A DNA stretch of 44,056 nt from NCBI GenBank assembly GCA_035559635.1, contig DATMBA010000428.1, positions 1 through 44,056 on the forward strand. Reading direction: 5' to 3'. The notes below the pieces were generated by a model that searched no databases, was not told the origin of the DNA, and saw only the letters and a program-made list of their open reading frames with translations. Position 1 is the first letter of the stretch. Every line of letters starts with the position of its first letter. The position numbers were made by a program, and so were the translations under genes. Positions 18,636 to 27,440 of the stretch are shown piece by piece. The stretch comes from Roseiflexaceae bacterium (GTDB lineage: Bacteria; Chloroflexota; Chloroflexia; Chloroflexales; Roseiflexaceae).

Positions 18636-19192
18636 CAGCTGAACGGGCTCCATCGCTCGCCACCCGTCGCGGCCCGCTGCCGCTCCCGGCCTATGTGCCC
18701 GCCGTGCGCCTCTCGCAGCGGCTCGACCGCCTCATCCGACCATACCTACCGCACATCGCGCACGCGGCGTGCTTGGGCATCTCGGGCGCGCGCGATCTGG
18801 CGCGTGGCGATGGCATCCCGCCGATGATCACCATGATTGCCCCAGGTGCGCTCGATGTCGGGGCGCGGCTGGAGCGCGGGGACGGCTACCACCGCGATCC
18901 GCTGTTGGCGCTCGCGGACGGCGAGCGCGTGCGCTGGCTCGACCTGGTGGACCTCCTCGAGCGCTACGCCGATGTTGGCGTTACCCCGACTGCGCCAATC
19001 CCGCCAAATTCCGGCGGGATTCCCGATTTCGTGGATCTGGTGGTCGAGCTGGCCTGCGTCACGGCCGACAACGTCCGGCGGCGCGACCTACCGCTCCTGG
19101 CCGCACAGTGCCATGCCTCGGTGTCGAGGCTGCCAGCGCGGCGCTCGCGCGGCTCACGCGCTCGTCGTTCGCTGGCTTCTGCCTGGACCTGA
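18632..19192 (+). CDS. Hypothetical protein (possibly the 5' part of a frameshifted ~308-aa gene)
   Basis: ATGA overlap at 18632. The sequence is protein-like up to about 19120 and then becomes Arg/Ser-rich. See finding. Confidence 0.5.
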   Translation: MTAERAPSLATRRGPLPLPAYVPAVRLSQRLDRLIRPYLPHIAHAACLGISGARDLARGDGIPPMITMIAPGALDVGARLERGDGYHRDPLLALADGERVRWLDLVDLLERYADVGVTPTAPIPPNSGGIPDFVDLVVELACVTADNVRRRDLPLLAAQCHASVSRLPARRSRGSRARRSLASAWT

Positions 19193-19557
19193 CGCCGCTC
19201 GCCGCCCATGAGGCCGCGCAGCGGGAGGTGGTCGCCCGGGCCCGCGCGACGGCGGGTGAGCGCGTGGTCGCCGCGCTGGGGCTGGAGCCATCGCCGGCGA
19301 CGCGGGACGCGCTCTACGCGGGGGGCCTGGATCTGATCATCGCCCGCGCCCCGCTCGCGCTGGCGGCCGAGGGGCGCGGCTGGGCTGACCCGACGTTCGT
19401 GCTGCCGGGCGGGCGTGAGGCGTCGGAGCCGGATCGGCTCCAGCTCGGGATCGTGAACCTGGCCGGCGCGACCGGGCGCGCCCTGCCGCTGTCAGCACAG
19501 GGTCGCACCTGGGAGGTGCTCGGGCGAGTGAGGAGAAGCCGGCGCAGCGCCCGATGA
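19108..19557 (+). CDS. Hypothetical protein (GTG 19108 start, or the 3' part of a frameshifted gene)
   Basis: This is the protein-like C-terminal part of listed ORF 18769..19557 (AASAALARLTRSSFAGFCLDLTPLAAHE...). The upstream part of that ORF is Arg/Gly-rich shadow. Confidence 0.45.
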   Translation: MPCLGVEAASAALARLTRSSFAGFCLDLTPLAAHEAAQREVVARARATAGERVVAALGLEPSPATRDALYAGGLDLIIARAPLALAAEGRGWADPTFVLPGGREASEPDRLQLGIVNLAGATGRALPLSAQGRTWEVLGRVRRSRRSAR

Positions 19558-19742
19558 AGGATGGCTCGCGCTCGCCCCGGTTCGCGCTGTGGACGGAGTT
19601 GGAGCAATTACACGAGCGCCTGGGCATGCCTCCACCGACGGCGACTTTGACGATTGAGGATTTGCAGGCCGAGGTCGAGCGCCTGTGCCGGGTTGTGGGC
19701 GGGGCGTCTGGCTCAGCCGCCGGTGAGGGAGGTGCTCCATGA
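19554..19742 (+). CDS. Small hypothetical protein (62 aa)
   Basis: ATGA overlaps at both ends (19554 and 19739) suggest translational coupling. No domain recognised. Confidence 0.5.
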   Translation: MKDGSRSPRFALWTELEQLHERLGMPPPTATLTIEDLQAEVERLCRVVGGASGSAAGEGGAP

Positions 19743-20254
19743 GCGAGCGACCGCCAGACCGCCCGCCTGATTCGGTGCTATACAGTGTTGAGCATCCACG
19801 AATAAACACTTTGGAGGACATGATGGCGATCTATCACCACGACAAAGTAGAAATGGCGCGAATCGCGGTGGGCACGTGCGATGTCTGCGGCCGGCGTGTG
19901 TGGGACGTGCGCTTTATCGGCGGGCCATGCAATGCGGAGCTGCCTGGGTACAGCTACGATCGTGACATGGGCCACTGCTCCGGCACGTACCGGGGGATCA
20001 ACGTCGGTGTGCTGATCGAGATGAACCCGAGGTCGACGACCGTCTTATTCCTGGTTCACATTATGTTGCTTCAGCACCGGGGCTCGACGCCCGAGCTGCG
20101 AGCGCGGGCCGAGGCGACCGTCCGCGAGTTCTCCCTTGCCGATGCGGTGCAGTTGCTCACACACATCTACATGGAGGTCATTCCGGTGAATGCGCAGGAG
20201 ATGGACGCCGCACGTGGCCTGCTTCGGCAGTCCGGATATACGATCGTCGAGTGA
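19739..20254 (+). CDS. Hypothetical protein (171 aa, Cys-containing N-terminal half)
   Basis: Coupled start. Visibly lower GC than its neighbours. CDVCGRR...GPCN...HCSG is a possible metal-binding cluster. No family recognised. Confidence 0.6.
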   Translation: MSERPPDRPPDSVLYSVEHPRINTLEDMMAIYHHDKVEMARIAVGTCDVCGRRVWDVRFIGGPCNAELPGYSYDRDMGHCSGTYRGINVGVLIEMNPRSTTVLFLVHIMLLQHRGSTPELRARAEATVREFSLADAVQLLTHIYMEVIPVNAQEMDAARGLLRQSGYTIVE

Positions 20255-20270
20255 CGGATGTGGAGCGTGA

Positions 20271-20309
20271 GGAGCGCGGGGCTGCTACCCGGTAGCAGCC
20301 CCGCGCTCC
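20271..20309. terminator. Bidirectional terminator hairpin
   Basis: GGAGCGCGGGGCTGCTACC (20271-20289) pairs with GGTAGCAGCCCCGCGCTCC (20291-20309), a 19-bp perfect stem. It lies between convergent genes ending at 20254(+) and 20323(-). Confidence 0.8.
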
Positions 20310-20322
20310 TTGTTGCGATGTC

Positions 20323-20694
20323 CTATCCTTGTTCGGCGAGGTTCCGCCGCGGCCGCCCTCGCGCGCGACGGTTCCGTCTTGCCTCCTCCGCCTTGGCGAG
20401 CCGCTGCTCACGCTCGGCGCGCGCTGCCCGGCGGGATGGGGCCAGATCGGCGTCAGGGACCTCGACGATCTCAAGCAGCCCATCCGGGCCACATAGCGGG
20501 CACGCCAGGTAGTCCGGTATCACCACCAGCGCCAACTCGGGGAACTCGGCGATGGTATTGCTATCGAGCGCCAGGACGGTCGAGTATGGGAGGCCCATCT
20601 CCTGTGCCGCGAGGCGGGGTGAGAGGTCCCGCCCCTCGCGTGCGGCCTTCTGCGCCAGCCGTTGGCTGAAATGAGACAGAAGCGTTGGAGGCAT
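20323..20694 (-). CDS. Putative HTH DNA-binding protein with basic AT-hook-like tail
   Basis: ATG 20694 is an internal start of ORF 20323..20760. LSPRLAAQEMGLPYSTVLALDSN is HTH-like. CPLCG motif. C-terminal RRNRRARGRPRRN. Confidence 0.6.
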   Translation of the reverse strand: MPPTLLSHFSQRLAQKAAREGRDLSPRLAAQEMGLPYSTVLALDSNTIAEFPELALVVIPDYLACPLCGPDGLLEIVEVPDADLAPSRRAARAEREQRLAKAEEARRNRRARGRPRRNLAEQG

Positions 20695-20785
20695 CGCGTA
20701 ACCTCGGATGGCCTGCAAGGAACCTGATGCCAGTGTAGCACGGATGGCGAAAAAATACAATAATCTTAAACATGTTATTTAAAGA

Positions 20786-20815
20786 TTGGCAGATTTATGG
20801 GGGATGGTGTATACT
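20786..20815 (+). promoter_or_regulatory. Sigma70-type promoter in AT-rich divergent intergenic region
   Basis: TTGGCA (20786-20791), an 18-nt spacer, then TATACT (20810-20815). It lies upstream of the CAP-domain gene. Confidence 0.5.
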
Positions 20816-20902
20816 CATCCGTGCGACGCTGCTCCAGCAGCGAAGCCCCGACAACGAAGCCTGCCCGGTTCCACCGGGTCGTCATAGCCAAAGGAACCTC
20901 CC

Positions 20903-21595
20903 ATGATCGCCTTCCGCCTCCCCCGCGCCCTCTGGGCCTCCGCTTGCCTCGGTGTGACCATCGCCGCCGTCCTGCTGCTGTCCCTCGCCACGCGCGCCCA
21001 GGCGGACGAGTCCGTGCCGCTGGCTGAGCCCTGGAAGGCTTCCGAGGTCGTGTCCGACACGGCTGCTCTGACGGATACAGCGCTGCTTGCCATCGTCCCG
21101 ACCGGGGACATCCAGCCCGTTTCCTACCTGCCCCTGGTGGCGAGGGACGGTGAGGCGACTGTCGAGCCTCCGACCGCTCCAGCTCCCTGCTCGCCGGACA
21201 ACCGCGCCTTCGAGGAGGAGATGCTGGTCCTCGTGAACATCGAGCGGGCGAAGGTCGGCGTAGCTCCGCTGCGTGAGAACGCCAGCCTGACCTGTGCGGC
21301 GCGCTGGTTTGCGAAGGATATGGCAACACACGACCTCCTTAGCCACGTCGGCTCAGATGGTTCGCAGTTCTGGGATCGGATGTTCCGAGAAGGATACACG
21401 GGTATCGATCGGGGTGAGGTTGCGGCTGTTGCGCGCCACACGCCTGCTGAAGTGGTGGCCGACTGGATGGCGAGTGCGCCGCATCGCGGAATCTTGCTCG
21501 ACCCGATCGCGAACGAGGCCGGACTCGGCTACGGCTACAGCGCCACGAGCCTGTACCACACAGGCTGGGTGATCGATACCGGCAAGGGCCACTAG
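20903..21595 (+). CDS. Secreted CAP/SCP (YkwD-like) domain protein
   Basis: Signal peptide MIAFRLPRALWASACLGVTIAAVLLLSLATRAQA. CAP-like core MLVLVNIERAKVGVAPL...AARWFAKDMATHDLLSHVGSDG...VVADWMASAPHRGILLDP. Confidence 0.85.
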   Translation: MIAFRLPRALWASACLGVTIAAVLLLSLATRAQADESVPLAEPWKASEVVSDTAALTDTALLAIVPTGDIQPVSYLPLVARDGEATVEPPTAPAPCSPDNRAFEEEMLVLVNIERAKVGVAPLRENASLTCAARWFAKDMATHDLLSHVGSDGSQFWDRMFREGYTGIDRGEVAAVARHTPAEVVADWMASAPHRGILLDPIANEAGLGYGYSATSLYHTGWVIDTGKGH

Positions 21596-21596
21596 T

Positions 21597-21633
21597 GGAC
21601 TTGCTCACATGACAGGGTCATGTGAGCAAGTCC
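21597..21633. terminator. Terminator hairpin (17-bp perfect stem)
   Basis: GGACTTGCTCACATGAC - AGG - GTCATGTGAGCAAGTCC, 2 nt after the CAP gene stop. Confidence 0.75.
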
Positions 21634-21654
21634 AGTCAGTAGCGGTACTTACCA

Positions 21655-21699
21655 CAGCAATCAACCCTGGCGGGAACTTTCCGCCAGGGTTGATTGCTG
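21655..21699. terminator. Second hairpin (19-bp perfect stem)
   Basis: CAGCAATCAACCCTGGCGG - GAACTTT - CCGCCAGGGTTGATTGCTG. Confidence 0.65.
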
Positions 21700-21866
21700 A
21701 ATCGCGCCTCAGTGCGTGAACACGGGAAGTTTTCCACACTCCTTTTTCCCATCCGGCGCTGGTACTGCGGGTGCGTGCGGTTCGGGCTAGACGATGCATT
21801 GAGGCCATCACTATCACGCGCTATACTTCGGGTGTAGCCCGACAAGGCACATCAAAACGTTAGTCT

Positions 21867-23116
21867 GGTTAGGGCTATCGCATCTTCAATTCCTGATAAC
21901 TGTGGTACAATCGCATGTTGTGTATCAGTGATTGGGAGGATGCGATGGAAACCCGGTTCGATATTTCCACGTCCACTATCGTCGAGCATTTTGGCGCCCT
22001 TGAAGATCCACGCATCGAGCGAACCAAACTCCACGTATTAATCGACATCGTCACGATAACCATTTGTGCCGTGATTTGTGGGGCTGATGGCCCGGTTGAT
22101 ATCGAACAGTATGGCAAGGAAAAGTACGACTGGCTCAAGACCTTCCTCACGCTCCCGAACGGCATTCCATCACATGATACCATTGGTCGTGTCCTGGCGC
22201 GTCTTGACCCAAAGCAGTTTCAAGCGTGCTTTCTTCGCTGGATGCAGGCGATATGTCACCTCACGGACGGGGAAGTTGTACCGATTGACGGAAAGACGTT
22301 ACGCCATTCGTATGATACGGCGCTCGACCAATCGGCGATTCATATGGTCAGTGCTTGGGCCGCCACCAATCGCATGGTGCTTGGACAATTGAAAGTGGCA
22401 GAGAAGTCGAACGAGATCACGGCCATTCCCGAATTGATTGATGCGCTCGACATCGCCGGTTGTATTGTGACCATTGATGCACTCGGCTGTCAAAAAGAGA
22501 TTGCTGACCGAATTATTGCAAAGGACGCCGATTACCGATTATATCCTGGCGTTGAAGGGTAATCACGAACACCTCTACGATGATGTCCAACGGCTGTTCG
22601 ATGTGCTGCTTCAGCAAGATTCGACGACATCGCCACTGGATTCTTACGAAACACTCGATGAACAGCATGGTCGAACCGAAGTGCGGCGCTATTGGACAAC
22701 CTCGACACTCGACACATTACGGACCAAAGATCAGTGGCGCGGGTTACGAAGCGTGGGCATGATCGAGTCAGAACGCAGTGTGAACGGCGAAACCACGACA
22801 GAGCGGCGCTATTATCTGTTGATTGGACCCAATAATGCGCAAGCGTTTGTGACATCCGTTCGGTTACACTGGGGCATCGAGAATGCCGTTCATTGGGTGC
22901 TTGACGTCGCATTTCGTGAGGATATGAGTCGCATTCGGGTTGACCATGGACCAGAGAATTTTGCCTTGGTTCGACATATTGCACTCAATTTATTACGCCA
23001 AGAAACATCGTTCAAGGGCAGTATCAAAACAAAACGTCTCAAAGCGGGTTGGAGCAATACCTACTTCGCCAAGATACTCTGTGGAGCCATGTGATGATGC
23101 GATAGCCCTATTAACC
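21867..23116 (+). mobile_element. ISAs1-family insertion sequence (decayed copy)
   Basis: The inverted ends are GGTTAGGGCTATCGCATC (21867-21884) and GATGCGATAGCCCTATTAACC (23096-23116). It has one transposase frame and visibly lower GC than its surroundings. I could not identify a clean target duplication. Confidence 0.75.
21945..23094 (+). pseudogene. ISAs1-family (H-repeat-associated) DDE transposase, frameshifted
   Basis: ATG 21945 lies after GGAGGA. The N-terminal part has FGALEDPRIERTKLH...ICAVICGADG. The C-terminal part, in the +1 frame, has RLHWGIENAVHWVLDVAFRED. The frame breaks at 22530-22543, where GATTACC/GATTATA is a 7-nt tandem duplication. Deleting one copy restores AKDADYILALKGNHE. 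Confidence 0.85.
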
Positions 23117-23646
23117 ATTGTTGCTAGTTCGTTGAGCTTGCATCGGCAGTCAATAAGGCATATAGGTTGACTTCTGAGCGAAAGAGCGGCCAACCCATAG
23201 GCGACCACGCATGCTCACGACCGCTAGCGTGTAGCTGTACTTGATGCGTGACATCACGTGACGGCGTTTCTCGCACCTTCGCCCCGATTCACGTTCATGA
23301 GCCGCTTCATGAACTAGCAACACTGGTTATTAGTCTGGTTGGGAACCATGTCGCTCAACCAACGCAGGGCCGCGACGCCTCAAACAGCGGAAGGGTCAGT
23401 CGACTTCATCTGATGGCGCTTTTTGGCGCTCGATGCGGTCGCTCTGCTTCAGGAGGATCAAGAACACCTCGCGCCGCAGTTGGCGCCAACACCGAGCGAC
23501 GGCCGCACGGCCTGAGCCTGCAAACCACATACCCCTGCAGCGGGGGGTAAACAGCGTCTGCTCACAGGGCGCCTGCGCGCCAGTGGTGGTGAGGAGCATG
23601 TCCTCACCGCACGGGCGCGCTTTTCTATGTCGGCACTGGAGGAACC

Positions 23647-24321
23647 ATGCACTTTCTCCTCACCTATCTCCGGTTCCATAGCGACAAAGTCCGGCTCTTC
23701 GGCCTGGCGGTGGTGCTCGTTCTGCTCGTCGCCCTGCTCGTGATGCTGCGCCCCGCCGCGGGCGGCCTCACGCCGCTTGGCGACGTGGGCGCGCCGCCCG
23801 CGGCCTCGGGCAACGCCACCGCCCCGTACGCCGCCGTCGCCCCTCCCGCGGTGCGTCCTGGGATGTACGACCTGCAAGCCGACCCTCGCAGCCGCGATGC
23901 AGCTGCGGCGGCTGCCCAGCCGGACCCGGAGCACCAGGACGCCGTGCTGGACGCACTCAACTGCGCGCGCGCCAGACAGAACCTGGCCGCGCTGCCACTG
24001 GACTCCGACCTCTCAGCGAGAGCCGCTGACCTTGGGCGCCTGCTGGCCGCTCACCCCGACACGTCCCTGGCCGAGTTGGCGGCTGCTGAACACTATGCGC
24101 TCGTTGTGGTGACCCCGCTCAGCTTCGCGGGCGCCGCCGATGAAGCGGATCCGGCCGTCCAGCAGCCGGCTGCCCCGAGTGGCCCCTGCGCCGTGGGCGG
24201 CTTCGACACCGCCCAGCTCGATCTTGCTGATGCCACTGCCGCGTTCGGCATCGCCGTCTTCCCCGACCCGCAGGGAGCGGAGGAGTGGGACGTCATGTCG
24301 GCAGTCATTCTCGCCAGGTAG
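23647..24321 (+). CDS. Membrane-anchored hypothetical protein (weak CAP/SCP-like motif)
   Basis: ATG 23647 lies after GGAGGA. TM segment LFGLAVVLVLLVALLVML. VLDALNCARARQNLAALPLDSDLSARA resembles the first CAP helix. First gene of the long plus-strand array. Confidence 0.65.
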   Translation: MHFLLTYLRFHSDKVRLFGLAVVLVLLVALLVMLRPAAGGLTPLGDVGAPPAASGNATAPYAAVAPPAVRPGMYDLQADPRSRDAAAAAAQPDPEHQDAVLDALNCARARQNLAALPLDSDLSARAADLGRLLAAHPDTSLAELAAAEHYALVVVTPLSFAGAADEADPAVQQPAAPSGPCAVGGFDTAQLDLADATAAFGIAVFPDPQGAEEWDVMSAVILAR

Positions 24322-24330
24322 CGCCACTCT

Positions 24331-26730
24331 ATGGGAGATGCCACGATGCAACGAACCGCTCATCCATCCCGCGCGGCGTTCTTCCTCCTCCTGCTGGCGT
24401 TGCTCGCCGGTGGGCTTTCCGCGCTTGCGCCACAACCACGGATCGTCGCAGCCGCCCCGCCGAGCGGCTGGGTGAAGGCTGACCGCGTGCGCGGTGGCTG
24501 CGACTCCGCCGGGCGCTGCAACAGTGACGTTACGCCGGGCAGCCCGACCCTCTACGAGTACCGTCCCGACCGGCAGGGCGTCGGCCGCGACTACAACGTC
24601 ACCAACACCCAGCTCGCCTATCACGGCGGACTGCCCACATTTGAGCACCGCGAGCGCTGCAACATCAATGGACGGGACCAGTACTGGTCCGCCGGTTCCT
24701 GGCACCACGGCGGCTACTGGACGCTGACCTACACCGCGAGCGGCGGTGAGCGCTGGATCGGCCCCTCGCGCGAGCACTGGGCGTTCTACCACAGCGATAG
24801 CTGCGATTCCGATCCCGCCGTTGATCGGACGGCAACGGCCATTGCGCGCGTTCCGACATCCACGCCGCCCGGCGGGGAGCTGACGCCGACAACCTGGCGC
24901 CAAGATGGAACAACGACGCCGACTTCTCCTCCTGTCATTCCAGGGACACGAACGCCAGCTCCTACCCTCACCCCGTTTCCCACCGCGACGGAAGTTCCCC
25001 CCTGCTTCGCGGAGCAGGCGCTGCCCACCGGCATGGGGATCGACGCCGTGCAGGGGAGCACCACGGTCAACTACCGCTCGCCGGTGGGCTACTACGTCTA
25101 CCCATCGTACTATCCCGACCAGCCTCCGGGCCTCTACGACGACGACGAGCCGCCGCCCTGGCCGCAGGACCGGGCGATGGCCCCCATCGCGGCAGGCCAG
25201 CCGCTTACCGTGCGCTACCACCTCAGCTCGGTGAGCATGAACAATCCGAAGGAAAACCCGCTGGAGCCCTTCACCCAGTGGGGCGCGGCCAAGATGTTCA
25301 TGTGGATCAAGGACCTGGGCGTCGACCTCGCCAGCAGCGCTGATGACCGCTACCTGTTCAACCTCGGCAGCGACGCGATCGGCCGTGAGGATGTCGAGAG
25401 CGGCAACACGATTGTCCAGGTGCAGCGCTGGGAGCTGGCGGACGGCGTCGAGGTGCTTGGGCCGCAGGAGTTCAGCAACTTCGATTGGGGCGCCGGCCAG
25501 TGGTGGGAGAAGTTGCACTCGCACGACCCGGGCCGCGGTGACTACGCGCCTGCCGACGACCAGCACTGGCCTGGGACGACGCCCATCCTGAACGGGAGCA
25601 TCCAGCGCGTCTACGTGCGTCATCCTGACACGATGGGTTTCCGCTTCGTGCCCGAGCCCGGCCACAGCTACGAGGTGATGTCGCGGGTCAATAAGAGCTC
25701 GTGCAGCTACTGGCAGTCGAACTACCGCCTGATGCGCCTCACCACGGTTGAGCCGATCGACATCGGCATCTCGATGAGTGTCCCGCGCATCACAACGCCC
25801 GGCTCCGCCATCACCTACCGGCTCACCTACGAGAACACGACCACTGAGCCCGGTAAGCCGTTCACGCTGACACACACGCTGCCGGACGGCGTGACGTTCC
25901 AGGATTCCAGCCGCCAGCCTACCCATCAGCGCGGGAACACGCTCACCTGGGACCTTCCCGCGCTGTATGGTCGCGACGATCCGCAGGGGCGCGTGTGGCG
26001 TGGCGAGATCATCGTCACCGCCACAGTTGTGCAGGGCGCGCCGGAGACGTTGCTGACCGTCGCCACCGTGGCGATGCCTGACGACAGCAACCCAACCAAC
26101 AACCGGGCCGAGGGTTCCACGCGCGTGGTGTACCTCCCGGCGCCGCAGGCGACGTTCCGCCTTCGCATCCATTCGGACCTCGACCCGCAGCACGGCATCT
26201 ATACCTCGAGCGGGACAGCGGTCAAGTGGCCGGCGAACGAGGTGATGGACTTCATGCCCGCCATCACGCTCGGGACACCCGCACAGCCCGCCGACGGCGC
26301 CTACCGGGTCACACACCGCATCGTTGCCTGGTCGCTCACGCAGGTGGGCAACACCCCCATCCGCGCCCCAGCGTGTAAGGCCGGCGCCGCGCCTTCCGGG
26401 TCCGACACGGCCGGCGCTGAGTTAGGCGGTCTGGAAGGATGCCACTACCGCTACATCTCCAACCCGACGGTAGCGGATATGCGTGGCATGGCGCACTCGT
26501 ACTGGTCCGAGACGCTGCCCGGCTCGATGCGGAGCGACGTGTATGTGTGGACGCCGCTGCCGCGCGGCCCGACGCAGTTGGTGCTCGCCTACGCTGTGCT
26601 GACGACGGCCCAGGAGAACGGGGTGGATGTGGACGGCGACGGCCGCACCAACTCGATCATTGCCCGCACCACCACCGTTACCGGCGGCGCGTTCCAGGTG
26701 ACTCTCCTCGCGCCCCGCAGCCGGCGTTGA
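24331..26730 (+). CDS. Large secreted protein with DUF11-like repeat domain (adhesin/pilus-associated candidate)
   Basis: Signal peptide AAFFLLLLALLAGGLSALA. Pro/Thr linkers. The segment ISMSVPRITTPGSAITYRLTYENTT...LPDGVTFQD...LTWDLPAL...ATVAMPDDSNPTNN follows the DUF11/CARDB-like pattern. Confidence 0.8.
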   Translation: MGDATMQRTAHPSRAAFFLLLLALLAGGLSALAPQPRIVAAAPPSGWVKADRVRGGCDSAGRCNSDVTPGSPTLYEYRPDRQGVGRDYNVTNTQLAYHGGLPTFEHRERCNINGRDQYWSAGSWHHGGYWTLTYTASGGERWIGPSREHWAFYHSDSCDSDPAVDRTATAIARVPTSTPPGGELTPTTWRQDGTTTPTSPPVIPGTRTPAPTLTPFPTATEVPPCFAEQALPTGMGIDAVQGSTTVNYRSPVGYYVYPSYYPDQPPGLYDDDEPPPWPQDRAMAPIAAGQPLTVRYHLSSVSMNNPKENPLEPFTQWGAAKMFMWIKDLGVDLASSADDRYLFNLGSDAIGREDVESGNTIVQVQRWELADGVEVLGPQEFSNFDWGAGQWWEKLHSHDPGRGDYAPADDQHWPGTTPILNGSIQRVYVRHPDTMGFRFVPEPGHSYEVMSRVNKSSCSYWQSNYRLMRLTTVEPIDIGISMSVPRITTPGSAITYRLTYENTTTEPGKPFTLTHTLPDGVTFQDSSRQPTHQRGNTLTWDLPALYGRDDPQGRVWRGEIIVTATVVQGAPETLLTVATVAMPDDSNPTNNRAEGSTRVVYLPAPQATFRLRIHSDLDPQHGIYTSSGTAVKWPANEVMDFMPAITLGTPAQPADGAYRVTHRIVAWSLTQVGNTPIRAPACKAGAAPSGSDTAGAELGGLEGCHYRYISNPTVADMRGMAHSYWSETLPGSMRSDVYVWTPLPRGPTQLVLAYAVLTTAQENGVDVDGDGRTNSIIARTTTVTGGAFQVTLLAPRSRR

Positions 26731-26806
26731 CCGGAACGACGGCGGCCGGGTTGCCCCCGGCCGCCGCCACACGAAGGACGACGTGTTCGAGGAAGGACAA
26801 GAGCCG

Positions 26807-27382
26807 ATGGTCTCACGTCTTCGCCACCACCGCGCCGCACCCGGACAGGCGCTTGTCGAGATGGCACTGACCTTCATGATCCTGATTGTGCTGATCTTCG
26901 GCGGCATCAGCGCGATGCAGATCCTGTCGGTGCAGTACACCGTCAATCAGGCGGTCCGCACCGCCGCTCACGAGGCGGCCCTGATGGGCTCGACCGGCGG
27001 CATGAAGCGCGGCCACGTCTACCTGCTCAGCGAGGCGCCCGGCCCGGTTGCCGAGGCCGCGCGCAACGTGCTCACGGGTGGCATCTTCACCACCGATCTG
27101 ACCAAGGCGACGATCACGGCCGGCTGCGACGCCGACCCTTGCCGGCGCTACAGCCCGATCACCGTGCAGCTGCGCTACGAGGACCAGACGATCGCTCCCA
27201 TTCCCGCCGTGCTCGAGCGCGTGGTTGCGGAGCGGGCCGCGACGCGCGCCTCCGAGAAGGACCAGCAAGCCGAAACGCTGAACGCTGAACGCTCAGGAAG
27301 GATCGTATGCGTGTGCCAACCAGACAAAGCTGTACGAACGACAAGCGCTCCGCACGGGAGATGGAGCAGTTGGACAGGATGA
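26807..27382 (+). CDS. TadE-like pilus assembly protein / pseudopilin
   Basis: ATG 26807 lies after GGAAGGA. The N-terminal motif GQALVEMALTFMILIVLIFGGISAMQI is a TadE signature. Its 3' end runs through a heptamer array. Confidence 0.8.
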   Translation: MVSRLRHHRAAPGQALVEMALTFMILIVLIFGGISAMQILSVQYTVNQAVRTAAHEAALMGSTGGMKRGHVYLLSEAPGPVAEAARNVLTGGIFTTDLTKATITAGCDADPCRRYSPITVQLRYEDQTIAPIPAVLERVVAERAATRASEKDQQAETLNAERSGRIVCVCQPDKAVRTTSAPHGRWSSWTG

Positions 27383-27440
27383 GCCTTCGGCGTTCAGCCT
27401 TTGACGTTCAGCGTTTAGCGTTCAGCCTTCAGCGTTCTGA
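27274..27440. repeat. Inverted heptamer arrays spanning the TadE-like gene junction
   Basis: AACGCTG AACGCTG AACGCTC at 27274-27294. The inverse CGTTCAG-type array lies at 27391-27440. They are about 95 nt apart. Confidence 0.75.

Noticed and set aside
22520-22560. Programmed ribosomal frameshift in the ISAs1 transposase.
   Set aside because: ISAs1-family transposases are normally a single ORF. There is no slippery A6G/A7-type motif. The break coincides exactly with a 7-nt tandem duplication whose removal restores the frame.
23248-23599. ORFs 23248..23550 (+) and 23396..23599 (-) between the IS and the secretion array.
   Set aside because: They have no RBS or motif, mixed composition, and overlap each other. 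They may be remnants of a second mobile element, and the evidence is insufficient to call a CDS.
24013-26316. 767-aa minus-strand ORF. Similar long antisense ORFs include 32036..33865 (-), 41253..43217 (-), 3626..5185 (-), 5629..7491 (+), 9870..10922 (-) and 28525..29481 (-).
   Set aside because: Their Arg/Gly/Ala/Pro/His-dominated low-complexity translations have no motifs. Each lies fully antisense to, or out of frame with, an ORF carrying clear domain signatures. These are typical GC-rich shadow ORFs.
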